Assembly (NCBI RefSeq): GCF_009914755.1
Contig: NC_060926.1
From: the human T2T-CHM13v2.0 reference genome, Homo sapiens
DNA length: 64,000 nt
Strand: one strand, 5' to 3'
Shown here: piece after piece, positions 39,724-53,449 of the stretch
Numbering within the stretch: the first letter of the stretch is position 1
Layout: each line of letters begins with the position of its first letter
Program-made: the position numbers and the translations under genes
Notes under the pieces: model-generated
What the model was told of the DNA's origin: nothing
What the model saw: only the letters and a program-made list of their open reading frames with translations
Database searches by the model: none

Positions 39724-39836
39724 TCTATCTATCTATCTATCTATCTATTGCTATATAGATCTGCCATTTATATAGCTTTAGATAGATAGATAGGTAGATA
39801 GATAAATAGATAGATATACAGATATATATATATATA
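39724..39836. repeat. (TCTA)n / (TAGA)n / (TA)n simple repeats forming an inverted pair
   Basis: Visible in sequence. Confidence 0.9.
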
Positions 39837-40946
39837 TTTTCTTGTTCTTTTCTATAGAAGAGAATAAGAATGGAAAAAAAGAAAAAGAAAAAAAGAACAG
39901 TAAGATTGCTTCAAGAATAAAATTATAAAATTACTTAAATATTACATGTTTATGTAGAATTTTAAAAATGTGTGTAAAAAAGAGAAAAAGAAAACACAAA
40001 CTACCCATAATCCTGCCACCCAGGGCCAGTTGCTGTTATAATTTTGTTGAATATGTTTTCAGGCATTTTTTTAAATCCATATCTAGATATTTAAGTATAA
40101 GAAATAAAAAATGTAATAGTGCCTTTTGTCATATTTTCTAACATCCTTTTCACTGAATAACATATGATAAACATTTTTAAATAATAAATTTTATACTAAA
40201 ATTTGGCTAGCTGCATAGCATTTCATTTTGTGCAAGGGATTTATTTAATCATTCCCAGATTGCCTGTTTTTTCACTTTTTCTTTTGCTATAATATTTAGC
40301 ACTGTGAAGATCAATCTGGTAAGCACATCCTTAAGAAGTTACTTTAGGGATATTTTTAAGTCAGAAAAAATTATTAATGTTATAGTTTGTAATCAATATA
40401 ACATTATAAACATGAATAGAAAATGGCCTCCAAGATGGTAGAAAATGTAATAAGAAGGTTACTTTAGTTTTTAATTTCCAAGTGTATAAAAACAACTTAA
40501 AATTTTAAAGAAATAAATGTGTGTAGTTAAGACGTCAAATTTCCCTGGAGGGTTTTTAGGAAAAGCAGCTCTATGAAGAAGGATGAAGCTTGTATTGTCT
40601 AATAAAAGAGTGGTGATCCGTCTTTATGTTTTGGAAACCCTAATATGAGAATGTGAAGATCATTTTTAGGGGATACGACCTCCTACAATCAGGCCTTAAT
40701 TCTTTTGAATGTTTCTTTCAGTTTTTAAGAAAACAACTCTCCTTGTTGGAAGAGCAAAAACCTGTCTGTTGGGCATCTGCTTCCGGGTGAAGTTTAGCTT
40801 GGTCTGTTAGTCTATGGACTTCAATTATGCCCTTGTTCCATATTTAGTCCCATGACTCACCCTGACCCTCTGTTGTACCTAGAATCCTCAAATTCAAGCT
40901 TCATGTAGTTCTTTAGGGCAGATCATTTCCTTTCACAGATGCTCAC

Positions 40947-41346
40947 TGTCTTAGTTCAACGTTGCTATCACAGAGTACCTGAGACTGAGTAATTTATAAA
41001 GAAAAGAGGTTTATTTGGCTAGTGAACCTGGTGGCTTCAAAGTCCAAGGTTGGGCAGCCCTTCTGATGAGGCTCTTGTTATGCTTCAACTCACAGCAGAA
41101 ACATGGAAGGAAGAGGACATGTGTAGAGAGAACAAACACAAGAAGGGACTATCTGCTTTCTAGGTAACTAATCCAGTCCCATCATAGTAAGAACTTAATC
41201 CCGCAAGATGGCATTAACCTATTCATGGCAGATCCTGTCCCATAACCCAAACATCTCCCACTAGGCCCCACCTCCCAACACTGCCACCTTGGGAGTCAAA
41301 TTTCAACATGAGTTTTCTTGTGGCAGATCACAACCAAACCATATCA
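40947..41346 (-). mobile_element. MaLR solo LTR (MST family)
   Basis: TGTCTTAG...GAGACTGAGTAATTTATAAAGAAAAGAGG...CAAACCATATCA; TSD CTCAC (40942-40946 / 41347-41351). Confidence 0.9.
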
Positions 41347-42599
41347 CTCACCTATCTCTACCTATTCTTGACTATTGTTTTTTCCACTTGGATCATTCAC
41401 AACTCCTGCATATGATTTCCATTTTTCTAAAAATCTATTGAAATCTTGAATGAAATATTGAGTGTTTATGGTCTCCCCTTTCTCTTCTTTGTTGTGAGTT
41501 TATACATTGGTCAAGCAAATTTGTTCAAAATAAGGTTACTTTTTGAATCATTTTTTTTGTGCTATTTTCTTTTTATTATTTCAAAATGTAACGAGTCTTA
41601 ATAAAACATTATAATAGGTAAGACCATGACATAATTGTTTTCCCAATAAGAAAACCTATTAGCTGATAAAAGGAGAATAAATGTACTTATGAAACCTCTA
41701 ATCAATGTGCTAATTGAAAAAGTAGTTCTTTTTCATTGTTGCCAGAACATAAGGATCATTACTGTAACTCATTCATTAGTCTCCAAAGAAGGAGATTGCT
41801 CAAACAACTTGACTTCTGGTATTCTTTTAGACATACTGTTCCTATAACACTTTCCCTTATGCATTCTAGCTGACCTAGGGGCAAATTAAAAATTATCAAT
41901 ATAACTAAGATTTCCTCTCTAATTTGCTGCTGTGACTCAGTGCAGTTCACTTTTTGGTGATTAATAAATAGCTAAGGCAACTTGCCCTGTGGACTGGCAC
42001 AGGATTTCCTGTCTAGTCATCAATCCATTAATCTGGAAACATCAACTAAAATACAGTGTTATTATTGGGCAAAGGACTAGAAGGAGTATAAAATGTGCCC
42101 ATAGGTAGAAAATGAAGAATTCAGCATCTATTTCCAGACTCCTCAAATTATGCTACTTGAAAATCATTACTGTACCATCACCTGTTCGTCTAGGAAAAAC
42201 AAAATTAAGAACCATTGTTTGCTTCATATATTAATTGAATTTGTGAGGAGAAACCTAAACAGAGTATTTTAGAGAGTTCATGGCAATCATAGGCCACACT
42301 CCCAAGGGCTTTGGTTATTTTCATAACCTAACCCTGTGCCTCCCTAGAAGATCATAGTTCTTGGTGATTTTTGGATGGCTTTTGGTGGATTTTTTTAAGC
42401 TGTTAAAATTTAGTTACGATTTTCTTAATTTTATTTTTACTTGTCTTCATTAATGAGGCAGAATAGCTAAATACTGGGGATTTATAGAGCTTGGCATTCA
42501 AATGTATCTCTTTATTCCAAGAAAGCTGCAGATATCATCTATGCTAATGCTTCCTAAGGTTGCCTGATTGTAGAAATCATTTAAGGTGTGCATTGGTTA

Positions 42600-43100
42600 G
42601 CCTCAAAACTCAGTTGCTCAACGTGACCATCTGTTATTGCCTACAAATCTGTAGGCTGACTGCACTTCTGCCAACTGAGTAGTTGCCAGTCAGCTTGGCC
42701 TGGCTGATCTTGGTTGGGCTTGCTGTGTCTGCAGTCATTTCTCAGGCACAGTTGGATGGTCTCACTCATATGTCTGATAGCTAACTGGCTATTGACTGGG
42801 GTGACAAGGGCCACATGTCTTGAATAATTCAGCAGACTAGATTGGGCCTGCTCACACAGTGGCAGCAAACAAGAGCATAAGTAGAGGCAAGCAAGACCTC
42901 CTGAGGTCTAGCACAGCACCAGCCCAGTGTTACTTCTGCCACACTCTTTTGGTCAGAGCAAGTCGCAAGACCAGCCCAAATTCAAGGGTGGGGAAACAGA
43001 CTTCACAACTTTGGGAGAGGAGCAGGGATGATACATTGAAAGTGGCATGGATTCAGGAAAGGTGGAGAATTCTGACCATATTTACAAAACATCTATCTCA
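42600..43100 (-). mobile_element. Old MaLR LTR (MLT1H/I/J-like), apparently inside a MER5-like fragment
   Basis: TGTTACTTCTGCCACACTCTTTTGGTCAGAGCAAGTCGCAAGACCAGCCCAAATTCAAGGG; flank TTAAAAATGCAGATTCCTAGG. Confidence 0.6.
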
Positions 43101-44030
43101 GGATACATGTTTAAAAATGCAGATTCCTAGGTTCTGCCACTGATATCAATGTCCCTTTTCAGATCAAACAAGCTTGTCAACTCTATTCAATACCAACCCC
43201 AATTGGTGCTCTCAGGAAACCTAGGGAACTGTCTAGTCTATTCCATCTTGCCCACAATCTCCCCTCTCTCTCTCAGATCGAAGACCTCTCACAACCCCAT
43301 TTTCTGCAAAACAAGGTCAACTAGGCTGAACTTTTTAGCTCTCCTTTGGAAACATGGGGCAATAACATGTTCCGGGGATAGACTGTAGCTCATGGCATTT
43401 GTATGCCAATGTTACTAGCCATTGGTCAAATTTGGTTCTCAAAATATGATGCTATTAGCCCTATAACAAAGTAACTAAATTCATTCCTTCAACAAACATT
43501 TATTGAATATCTATCATCTACCAGACACTGTCAACATAAAGATATTAAACATAGCCTTTTGCTTAAACCTTGGTTTTACTAGAGGAAAGAAAAGGACTTT
43601 ATTACCAGAAAACTTTCAGGAATGATTTGGAATTAGTGATATTAAGCAAAAAATATATTTTATTATGTAATTTGCCCTAAGCATTGACAAAAGGTTTTTT
43701 ATCTTGAAAATTCATGTAACTTTTGTTATATAGAAATATTTTTTTTTAAAAAAAGAATTTAATGTTCAGGATCAAAATGAGCACTCTTAATTTTTGTATT
43801 CCTGTATTTTTCTTTCTTTGTTGGAGGTATCTTTGTTACTTGAAATTTAGTAAAATAAGGAGTAGAATAGATCTTAAAAATAATTTAAATTCACAATGTG
43901 ACTCAGGTTGAAGAGAAAATTTTATTTCTTGCCAAGGAAATTGTTATAGATAAGATCATTTAAATGTTTATAGTGATTGAGCTATACCAGTGAGTTCTCA
44001 TGTATTTACTAGTCTATAATAATCGTTCTT

Positions 44031-44187
44031 ACCAGGCATGGTGGTGTGCACCTGTAGTTCCAGCTATTTGGGAGGCTGAGGTAATAACTTGAGCCCAGGA
44101 GTTTGAGGCTGCAGTGAGCTATGATTGTGCCTGTGAACAGACACTGCACTCCAGCTTAGACAACACAGACAGACCCCCATCTCTAAA
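44031..44187 (+). mobile_element. FAM fossil Alu monomer
   Basis: Single arm with the FAM-specific GCCTGTGAA(C/T)AG(A/C)CACTGCACTCCAGC segment; possible TSD GTTCTTA. Confidence 0.8.
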
Positions 44188-44376
44188 TATATATATGTGT
44201 GTTCTTAAATAATGAGATCTTTCTTCTTTTCAGAAAATTGTTATTGAGTGCCTATGAAATGCTAAAAGTTTGAGATATATCAGTGAACAAAACAAAGATC
44301 CTTGCTTTTGTGGAGCTTAATTCTAGCATATTGAAATTCAAAGGATTTCCTAACCTCTAAGGGTTTTGGCGGTTGG

Positions 44377-45095
44377 TAACTTAGTCAGCTTAGGCTGCTA
44401 TAACAAAATACCATAGACCAGGCAGCTTAAACCATAGCTTAAACTCACAGTTTACAGGCTGGTAGGTCTAAGATCAAGGGTCTGTCAGATTTAGTTCCTT
44501 GTGAGGGCTCTCTCTTTGGGTGGCAGATAGCTGCCTTCTTGCTCTTGCTGTACCCTCACATGGCTGAGAGGAAACTCTGGTGTCTCTTTTTCTTCTTATA
44601 GGGGCACTAATACCATCATGGGGGCTCTACCCTAAAGACTTAACTACCTCCCAAAGGCCTCACCTGCTGTGTATTAGTCTGTTTTCATACAGCTGATAAA
44701 GACATACCCAAGACAGGGTAATTTATAAAGAAAAAGAGGTTTAATGGACTCACAGTTCCACATGGCTGGGGAGGCTTCATGATCATGGTGGAAGGCAAGA
44801 GGCACGTCTTACATGGCAGCAGACAAGACAGAATGAGAGCTAAGCGAAAGGGGAATCCCCTTATAAAATCATCAGATCTCGGGGGACTTATTCACTACCA
44901 TGAGATTAGTATGGGGGGAACCACCTCCGTGATTCAGTTATCTCCAACTATGTCCCTCCCACAACATATGGGAATTATGGGAGCTACAATTCAAGGTGAG
45001 ATTTGGGCGGGAACACAGCCAAACCATATCATCATATTGAAGTAAGACTTCAATACATGAGTTTTGGAGGAGACACAGACATTCAGTCCATAACA
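44377..45095 (-). mobile_element. MLT1A-like LTR interrupted by THE1
   Basis: TTAGTCAGCTTAGGCTGCTATAACAAAATACCATAGAC...ACATTCAGTCCATAACA. Confidence 0.82.
44670..45031 (-). mobile_element. THE1(B)-like solo LTR
   Basis: TGTATTAGTCTGTTTTCA..GCTGATAAAGACATACC...CAGCCAAACCATATCA. Confidence 0.92.
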
Positions 45096-46289
45096 GTGAC
45101 AGTACCTTGTACTCAAAGTAAAAAATAAAAATCAAGGGAAAGGTGAGACAAATATGGTGTTATAGGAGTCCTCATTTTGTAAATTTTCCCCCAGAAGGTT
45201 TTGATTTCTGAAGATATCAATTGCACCTCCCCTGAAACATAATCCATTTAAATTATGAAGTCCTGGAAAATAAGGATAGGAAATACTTTCCAAGGAGACC
45301 AGGGTTCTGAGAGTGTCTGGGGAGGAGCATGGGAATTTGGGTATTTATGGTTCCCAGAAAGGCCCAGCCTGGAGCCTCAGCAAGGAGGTGGTTATGTGAG
45401 GCGAGCAGCCCTCCAGATGCAGGGGCTCTCAGGCCAGGGCCCACAGGAAGCCGAGGGCGTGGCTGGCTGAGGCTGAAGGAAAATTCCAGGGCTGAGAGGC
45501 AGTGCCTTGGGGACGCCACAGTGTCTTCAGCCTGGGCTTCATTATACAAACAATAACAAAAAGCCTCAGACAACAACAACAAAATACTCTCAAAGTGGGA
45601 ATATTCTGAAATGGAATAAAACAAATAATATCTAAGTAGTTTATTTTGTTAGAAAGAAAAAGGATGATTTCAGCCTTCAGGTCTTATTAATAAAAGAGCC
45701 TTCAGAGAAGAGAAAAGATATCTCAGAGGAAGCAAGAAAGATGCGATGAACCCCAGGGAAGACTGTTTGGGGGAAATCCAAGTTTGGATGAAGCTGTGGC
45801 TGTGGAGGATGGTCTGGGAGTTACTGGCCTGAAATAGTCACGAGGAACCTGAGCAGAGAAAGAAGACTCTGAGATCAATCAGGAAAGCTTGAGCCCAGTG
45901 TGTGGTTTGGATCAGAGCACAGCTCAAGTCCAAAAAGCCAGTGAGGTTCAGGAGCTCGCGGTCTTCCTGACAGCCACATCATCCATCTCCTCTCCACACC
46001 CTTCACAGCCACCTCCTCACAGAACAGGCTACGGCTCATTTCTACCCAACGGCTGCCAATGTCTGTAGCTAATTTTCTTGTTTCTTTAGGCCCCTCAGAT
46101 GTTGAGCGGATGAATAAATATTTAATCTGATCATCAGGATATATACATACATATCATGGCTTGTATCATGTATCTACCTGTATGTGCAAGGTACATATGA
46201 TGAGAAATACTTGCGAGGCTAGAACTGACCAGGTAATCAACCCTGAGAGGAATCACAAAGTCAAGCTAATCTTAAAGGCAGGGTAAATT

Positions 46290-46520
46290 AGAAATTAGGC
46301 ATCGGGATCTGGAGTCAAGCCTCTTTGGCTCTCCTCGTATCTCTAGCACTTCCTACTTGCGTGACCCCCGGTAAATCACTGAATTTCTCTTGATTCAGTT
46401 TCCCTTTTGTAGTTTGTGGAGTTTATGGAGTTGTCGGAGGGATAAATGAGTTTGTACACGGAGAGAGCTTAGAATGCTGTCTGCCCATATTATGGCACTC
46501 AGTAAATGATGGCTGTAATT
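46290..46520 (+). mobile_element. MIR
   Basis: GTGACCCCCGGTAAATCACTGAATTTCTCTTGATTCAGTTTCCC...GCACTCAGTAAATGATGGCTG. Confidence 0.7.
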
Positions 46521-46619
46521 CCCTGCTTTGAACCAGTTGTCAAAATGGTCAGAGCAGTTTGTCAACAATTTAAATGCTTTCACATATGAAGCAGGTAACA
46601 CCTATGCATAAAACCAGGC

Positions 46620-46873
46620 AGAGGTTTGTGTGAGTTGATGCAACCTTGTCTAGCTGAAATGAACAATGGCTGCCCAAATCTAACCCTTCTTGTCAGTATT
46701 GCCACATCTTGTGATTTGTCAAGACAAGTTGGGTATCAGGATTTTTGCATGAAACCTCTCAGTTTTTAAATACTGGAAACTATCTTAAATGTTTTTTAAA
46801 AACTCAGTGCAGCCCTGGCAAAATGTCCCTGCATCCTGTGTCCTACCCATGAACCAGAAGTTTGCCACCACTG
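46620..46873. mobile_element. hAT-Charlie DNA transposon fragment (MER102-like)
   Basis: TCTTGTGATTTGTCAAGACAAG..GGATTTTTGCATGAAACCTCTCAGTTTTTAAATACTGG...TTTGCCACCACTG. Confidence 0.45.
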
Positions 46874-48529
46874 ATGAACGCGGTCTGACACAGTCCCAGA
46901 TGTTTGAGCAGAAAGCATGACTGAAAAGATCTCTGGAGAAGCATTGAGAAAGACTTGCCATTAGAGAAGGGTTTTGATGTCTGTTTGTTGTTCAATGTCA
47001 AAGGCAAGCCTAACGCAAATAATGTGTTTTTCTTGTTCTTCTCAGTGAAGCAGCTGGGTTGATCCCTTCATCTGGTCATCAGACACATAGCCCTTCAGTG
47101 CTACACCACCTTAAAAATGAAACCTGAACGACTGTCCTTGGTGTTTATCTTGATCTGGGTTGATTTTCACCAGGCCACCCTGCTAACTGTTCCTCTTTGT
47201 CAGCTTAAGCACAGCTCAGCACATTTCCATCAAATCCTGCCCTGTCCAGTGCCTTGCTTGGAACACTGAGTTAAGTATTAAGAGGAAACAGATAAATGTG
47301 TTTGACCCAAAAGAACCTCCACGCAAAAGAATTAAACAGTAGACATAATTCAGATATTTGAGAACTGATTCAGGTCCAGCCTCATGAGACAGTGAACACT
47401 TTTGTAAAACTCACTTACTGGAGTTTTGGTTTTTGGTTTGGACATGTCTTCTTAAGTATGGCCTTTGTTCCATACTTATGATACTGACTCTTAACTTTTG
47501 AGATTTTGCAGATGTGTGGAATGGCGTAGGAAAGTGAAAAGTCTAATATAAGAGAAGCACTGTTGTAAGTTAAATGGATGTAATAAAAAGCATTCTGCAT
47601 TTGAGAATCTAGTATCTTGGTTGTTGCCTGGCTAGGGGCCAGGTTCGCATATCTTGTTAGATATGTGAACCTATTCAAGTTATTACTTCAGCTTGCAGTG
47701 AAATGAATCAATATTAAAACCACAGAGATTCCCACAGCAACTCAGCAGCTTATCTAATAACTTAACCTCACTCTCCTCATTTTCTTCTTGAAACTAATAT
47801 CTGCTGGTTCATAAAACCGTTATATGCCTGCCTATCTTGCAGCCTCCTTCTGAGGAACGTGTCTTGGGAGTTTGAACTGTGGTGCCTTCCCACCTACTGC
47901 CAGGGACCCTGTCATCCTGACCATAACAGTCTGGCCTGGACCTCTGGTCTTTGTTGGAACGAAAAGGAACTATAAGGAAACTCAACAATGAGGCAGCTTG
48001 GTGTGAGGCTGCCTAAGAGTAGAGTTCTATAGTGAAAGGTGTCATACTGGCCCAAACATATCATCTCTCTTGGAAGCAGTGAATGAGAAATTCACCAGGG
48101 AGAGAAACAGGGAGTAAAAGATGTGCTTGTTCTGAGGGAAGCAGAACACCACTTGGGAGATGGGTTCTCAATTATTAGAGTGAATTGAGCCATTATTTCT
48201 CTGAGGAGACTGTTTTATAGTCATCATTCATTCATTCATCCATCAAAAGCTTGACAAAGCGAATGTTTGTTGACATCCTAGGCACTGTGGGGGACACATC
48301 TGGGCTCATTCTCAAAAGAATTTAAGTGGACCTGGGCAATGAGATATAAAGTTGAATTTCAATTTAGAAATTAAGTGACAGAAAATGAGTTGTGATTTTT
48401 AGCTTTCCCAGGACCATCCTCCTTTTGGGTTTTTCTTTTGAGTGTCAAACTTTTTTGATACTTCCCAAACTAGTTTACTTAAAACCACAAACTGCTCCTC
48501 TCCCCTCCCACTTCCCCTGCCCTCCCTTC

Positions 48530-48740
48530 CCCTGCCCCCCATCTTTCATTACACTTAGCACCTTCTAACATCGTGTAATGCTTATTTCTTTGCTGTATTC
48601 ACTGATTGTCTATCTCTACAAAAACTTCAGCTCCACAAGGACAGAGACTCTTGTCTGCTAACTGACGTATTTCAAGTACCTAAAAGAGTGTCTAGAATAT
48701 GACAGGTAAGTAAAGATTTCATGGATATTGAATAAATAAA
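48530..48740 (+). mobile_element. L2 3' end
   Basis: CAGCTCCACAAGGACAGAGAC...CCTAAAAGAGTGTCT...TTGAATAAATAAAT. Confidence 0.6.
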
Positions 48741-49108
48741 TCCTTTAAAATCATGGATGAAAATATTTCCAGAAGTTTTCTAACCTTCTGCCTTCTTAAC
48801 TACAACATTCTGGGTAGATGGAAAACTTTTGGTGGGTTGTTATATTGAGCCACTCTTATTTTGCCTAATTTTTCTATTCCCTTCAGGACCTAATGAAGAA
48901 GGTAGGACTATTTTTCTCCTCTTTTTGGCTAATGGACTCCAGGAAGATGTACTATTTCAGTGTCAGTGTCGGTGTCAGCTTTTTCTTTAACATCAGCTGA
49001 TCAGAGGTCCTTTCTCACCACCACCTGGAAGAACTTCTTTTTTCTTCTACTTGGGAAATTCAGAGAAGGAAATCTGCAGGATTTGTGTTAGAAATAAGAC
49101 TAAATAAG

Positions 49109-49662
49109 AACTAGAAATACCATTTGGCGCAGCAATCCCATTACTGGGTATATACCCAAAGGATTATAAATCATCCTACTATAAAGACACATGCACACGT
49201 ATGTTTATTGTGGCACTATTCACAATAGCAAAGACTTGGAACCAACCCAAATGTCCATCAATGATAGACTGGATTAAGAAAATGTTGCACATATACACCA
49301 AGGAATGCCATACAGCCATAAAAAAGGATGAGTTCATGTCCTTTGCAGGGACATGGATGAAGCTGGAAACCACCATTCTCAGCAAACTATCACAAGGACA
49401 GAAAACCAAACACCCGCATGTTCTCACTCATAGGTGGGAACTGAACAATGAGATCACTTGGACACAGGGCGGGGAACATCACACACCGGGGCCTGTCAGG
49501 GGGTGGGAGACTGGGGGAGGGATAGCATTAGGAGTAATACCTAATGTTTAAATGATGAGTTGATGGGTGCAGCAAACCCACATGGCACATGTATACCTAT
49601 GTGTCAAACCTGCACGCTGTGCACATGTACCCTAGAACTTAAAGTATAATAATAATAATAAA
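49109..49662 (+). mobile_element. 5'-truncated L1PA (L1PA5/6-like) 3' end
   Basis: ORF2 C-terminus MFIVALFTIAKTWNQPKCPSMIDWIKK; 3' UTR ending CCTAGAACTTAAAGTATAAT; TSD AAGACTAA(A/C)TAAG (49096-49108 / 49663-49675). Confidence 0.93.
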
Positions 49663-50057
49663 AAGACTAACTAAGTCAGACTTAACTTTGAGAGCCTATT
49701 TTCTAATTTCTAATTATCTTGACAATCTTTTAAGTTATGATTCATATAAAATGAGGACTAAGGAGCAGCCTCTTACCAAAATTTGCTCAAGTTCACATGG
49801 TTGATTTGTGGAAGGGATGGGACTTGACCAAGGTCTGCCTAGCTTTAAAATTCATACTTTTTTTTAAATCAAATAGCTTCTGTCATATTCTGGAAATGTG
49901 TTCCTTCAAGTTTTGTGTATAAAATTCCATTCATGAAACTTATACTGTGGCTCCCAGCCACTCATCAGACTTTTACTTTCTGGTTCTCAGTTTTGTTTTG
50001 TTTTGTTTATTCCTACCGTTTTCAGAGAGGGGATCCCTTTTTTTTTAAGTCTCCTTA

Positions 50058-50348
<291 letters not shown>

Positions 50349-52987
50349 TGTTGAGGTTTTGGGTGGCTGGGTTCTAGTCAGAGAGCATAAGTCAATGAGG
50401 GGTACATACTCCTGTTTCAGGGAGGCATTGAGGATCCTTTTAGAAATTCAAATATGGAGGTTTCAGATTTGTCATCAAGTCCAGAACAGCATGAAAGAGC
50501 AATCTGAAAGATTTTTGGGTGAACGGCTCCCCTCAGTAATACAGGGCAGCAGCCTACGATTACACTAATGACATTGGCTTTGAGTAGAACTCGACAGCAA
50601 CCAGCTCCTTCATACTTTTCCATATTGGAAGGCAACCCTCTCTCCTAAGAGGAATGGTTATGTATCTGTTCCTGGCATTGCTTTAGAGGTTTAAGAGAAA
50701 AAGAAAACTAATTACAAAGCTTCCTGCACAGTAAGTAAGAAAAATGAAAGAGAAATGACTTGATGAGATCAGGATAACAATAATACCATTTTTTATTATC
50801 AATAAAATAAACAAACATTTCTGAAGTTTCCCTTGGAGGAGGCTCTTCTCATAAAACTGGTCCCAGCTTGACTCCAGGACTGAGACCCATTCTCCGTGGA
50901 AACTCCTCCCTCTGCCCCCAGGGATCTCACTGCGACAAATCGCCCTAAGGCTTCGGAACAAACACATTTTGGGTTGAGAAAACAAACAAACTTTTACTTA
51001 TGCAGAGCCCAGGGGTTCAGGTTTCCTTCCACTATTTCTAAAATAGGATTTGCCTTTAATAATTATGCCTGGCTTCTGACCAAGAAGAGTTCAAGTGCGG
51101 CTTTTCCATGGCCAGAACTATCTTCTTATGATTCCTACTCTCCCCTTTCATCTTCGCTTCCTCTCCTCTTTCCCGACCTTGCCATTATTTTTCAGATAAT
51201 TTGGCCTCAGACTTTTGGTCTCTACTTCTAAGAGACTGTTTTCTTACCAGCTTCCTATTGGCCATCCTTTGGGGTAGCAGATGGTCATCTGTTATTGACC
51301 TACATAGCTTTCCTTCTCCTAGAGTAGTGGGAAGAGAAGGTGCATCAGAATCACCAGGTAGATTCAATGACTTTCAGAGTTTGTTTGGCTGGTCACATAG
51401 AGGTATGAAGCAATTCTCAGAACACCAGTACCTTGGTGTCATTTATTTATTAAATCCCTCATTCAGTCATGCCTTCAACGTCCCAATCAGCACATCTCAT
51501 GCCTGTATTTCTCAGGGCTTAGAGATAAATAAAGACAGGACTTCTCATCCTATTTGGGATATTTCCCACCCCCCTCTTCACTTAACTTCTATTTACACTT
51601 TACATTTCAGTCCAGTTACCACCTCCTCAAAGAATCCTTCCCCAGCCTACAAGTTTATACACTCATGGAATCCTTTTGTTTTCCCTAACAGTAATGAACA
51701 TAGCCAATGCTTTTCTTATATGTAATAATTTGTTGAGTTTCTCCATTAGACTATAAGCTGGATGTTCATTTTGCTCACCCTTGAAGATTCAATGTCTAGC
51801 AGGCACTCTGTAAATGACTGGGTAACATGTGTTGAGTAGGGGCACAGGTCAGAAGAAGCTTTTAAGAGTTGATGTGATGGCAGCATGAACTCTGGCATTC
51901 ATCTGATGCAAATTGGGTTGTGGGATGCATAAGATAAAGGAAAAACTTCCAGAAATGACTCTTACATGAATGACACGGCTGAATCTTAAAGTCTGAGGAG
52001 GTGGCCCAATAACAAACACAGGGATGGGAACACATGGTGACAGCATTCCAGGTTGGGGCAAACCTTGGAAGGGGGACAGAATGAGGCTGACTTGTTTGGT
52101 TAAGGCAAAGAGCTCAGTGAGTTCAAGGTATAGGGTGTGAGTTGGGGAGTGGAGGTTTGATAGTTGAGACTAGCCATGAGGGTCCCTCATGAAGGCCTGG
52201 CATGTAGTGCTAAAAATGCTGATCTTATCCTGTAGGTGATAGGGAAACGCCGAAAGTATTTTAGGTAAGGTGGAGGTGTGAATAGTAAGGTGAGGTGCTC
52301 CATGCTCAGGTGGGTGAGAGTGTAACTTGCATCACAGGCCAGTAGAGGAAGGTCAGGAAATTCTCTGTATTTGCTGGTCTTGGAAGCAAGTTGCCAGAAG
52401 ATGGTGGAAGTCCCAGAAGAGACCAGGGAGCAGTTGCCTCCATGCTCTGCAGAGTTGAAGGCAGAAACCTGGATATGACTGATAAAGGCAAAATTTCTCT
52501 CTACTTCAAAAGCCAGGATTTTAGAAACTCAACCCTCGTTTTCTAGGGAAAGAAAATGTATTCTGGTGTTTGGATGGCATGTAGGAGACAGGAGCCTAGA
52601 AAGTGAAATCAGTGAATGTGCTCCATTTCACGAAACTGTCAATGGGACCAGCCACTCTTTCATCTTTACTACAAGGCTTAGTGTTTTAGGAAACGGCACA
52701 CACAATTCTAAGACAATAATATATGAGAGAAAGGAAATGCATTGTATTTTACCATAGAATGAAGTTATGACTCAATCATCATGATTTAATTAGGACCTAA
52801 TTGACGTTTCCTTTTCTGGGATGCTGAGCACTGTCTTCTCATGCTTTTGAAGCAGTTCTGCTCCTTCTACTTACCAGCTTTTAATGTTACAACTTGCCAA
52901 GCTGCCTTCTTCCTCTTAGCTTAGCAACCTCTCTGGTTTCTCTTCAGCTTCAGTGCCAGCTCCATGGGAAGAGATCCCGACCCATGA

Positions 52988-53449
<462 letters not shown>

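Noticed and set aside
51201-51725. Longest + strand ORF (174 aa)
   Set aside because: TTG start, no homology I can recognise, runs into L2-like sequence.
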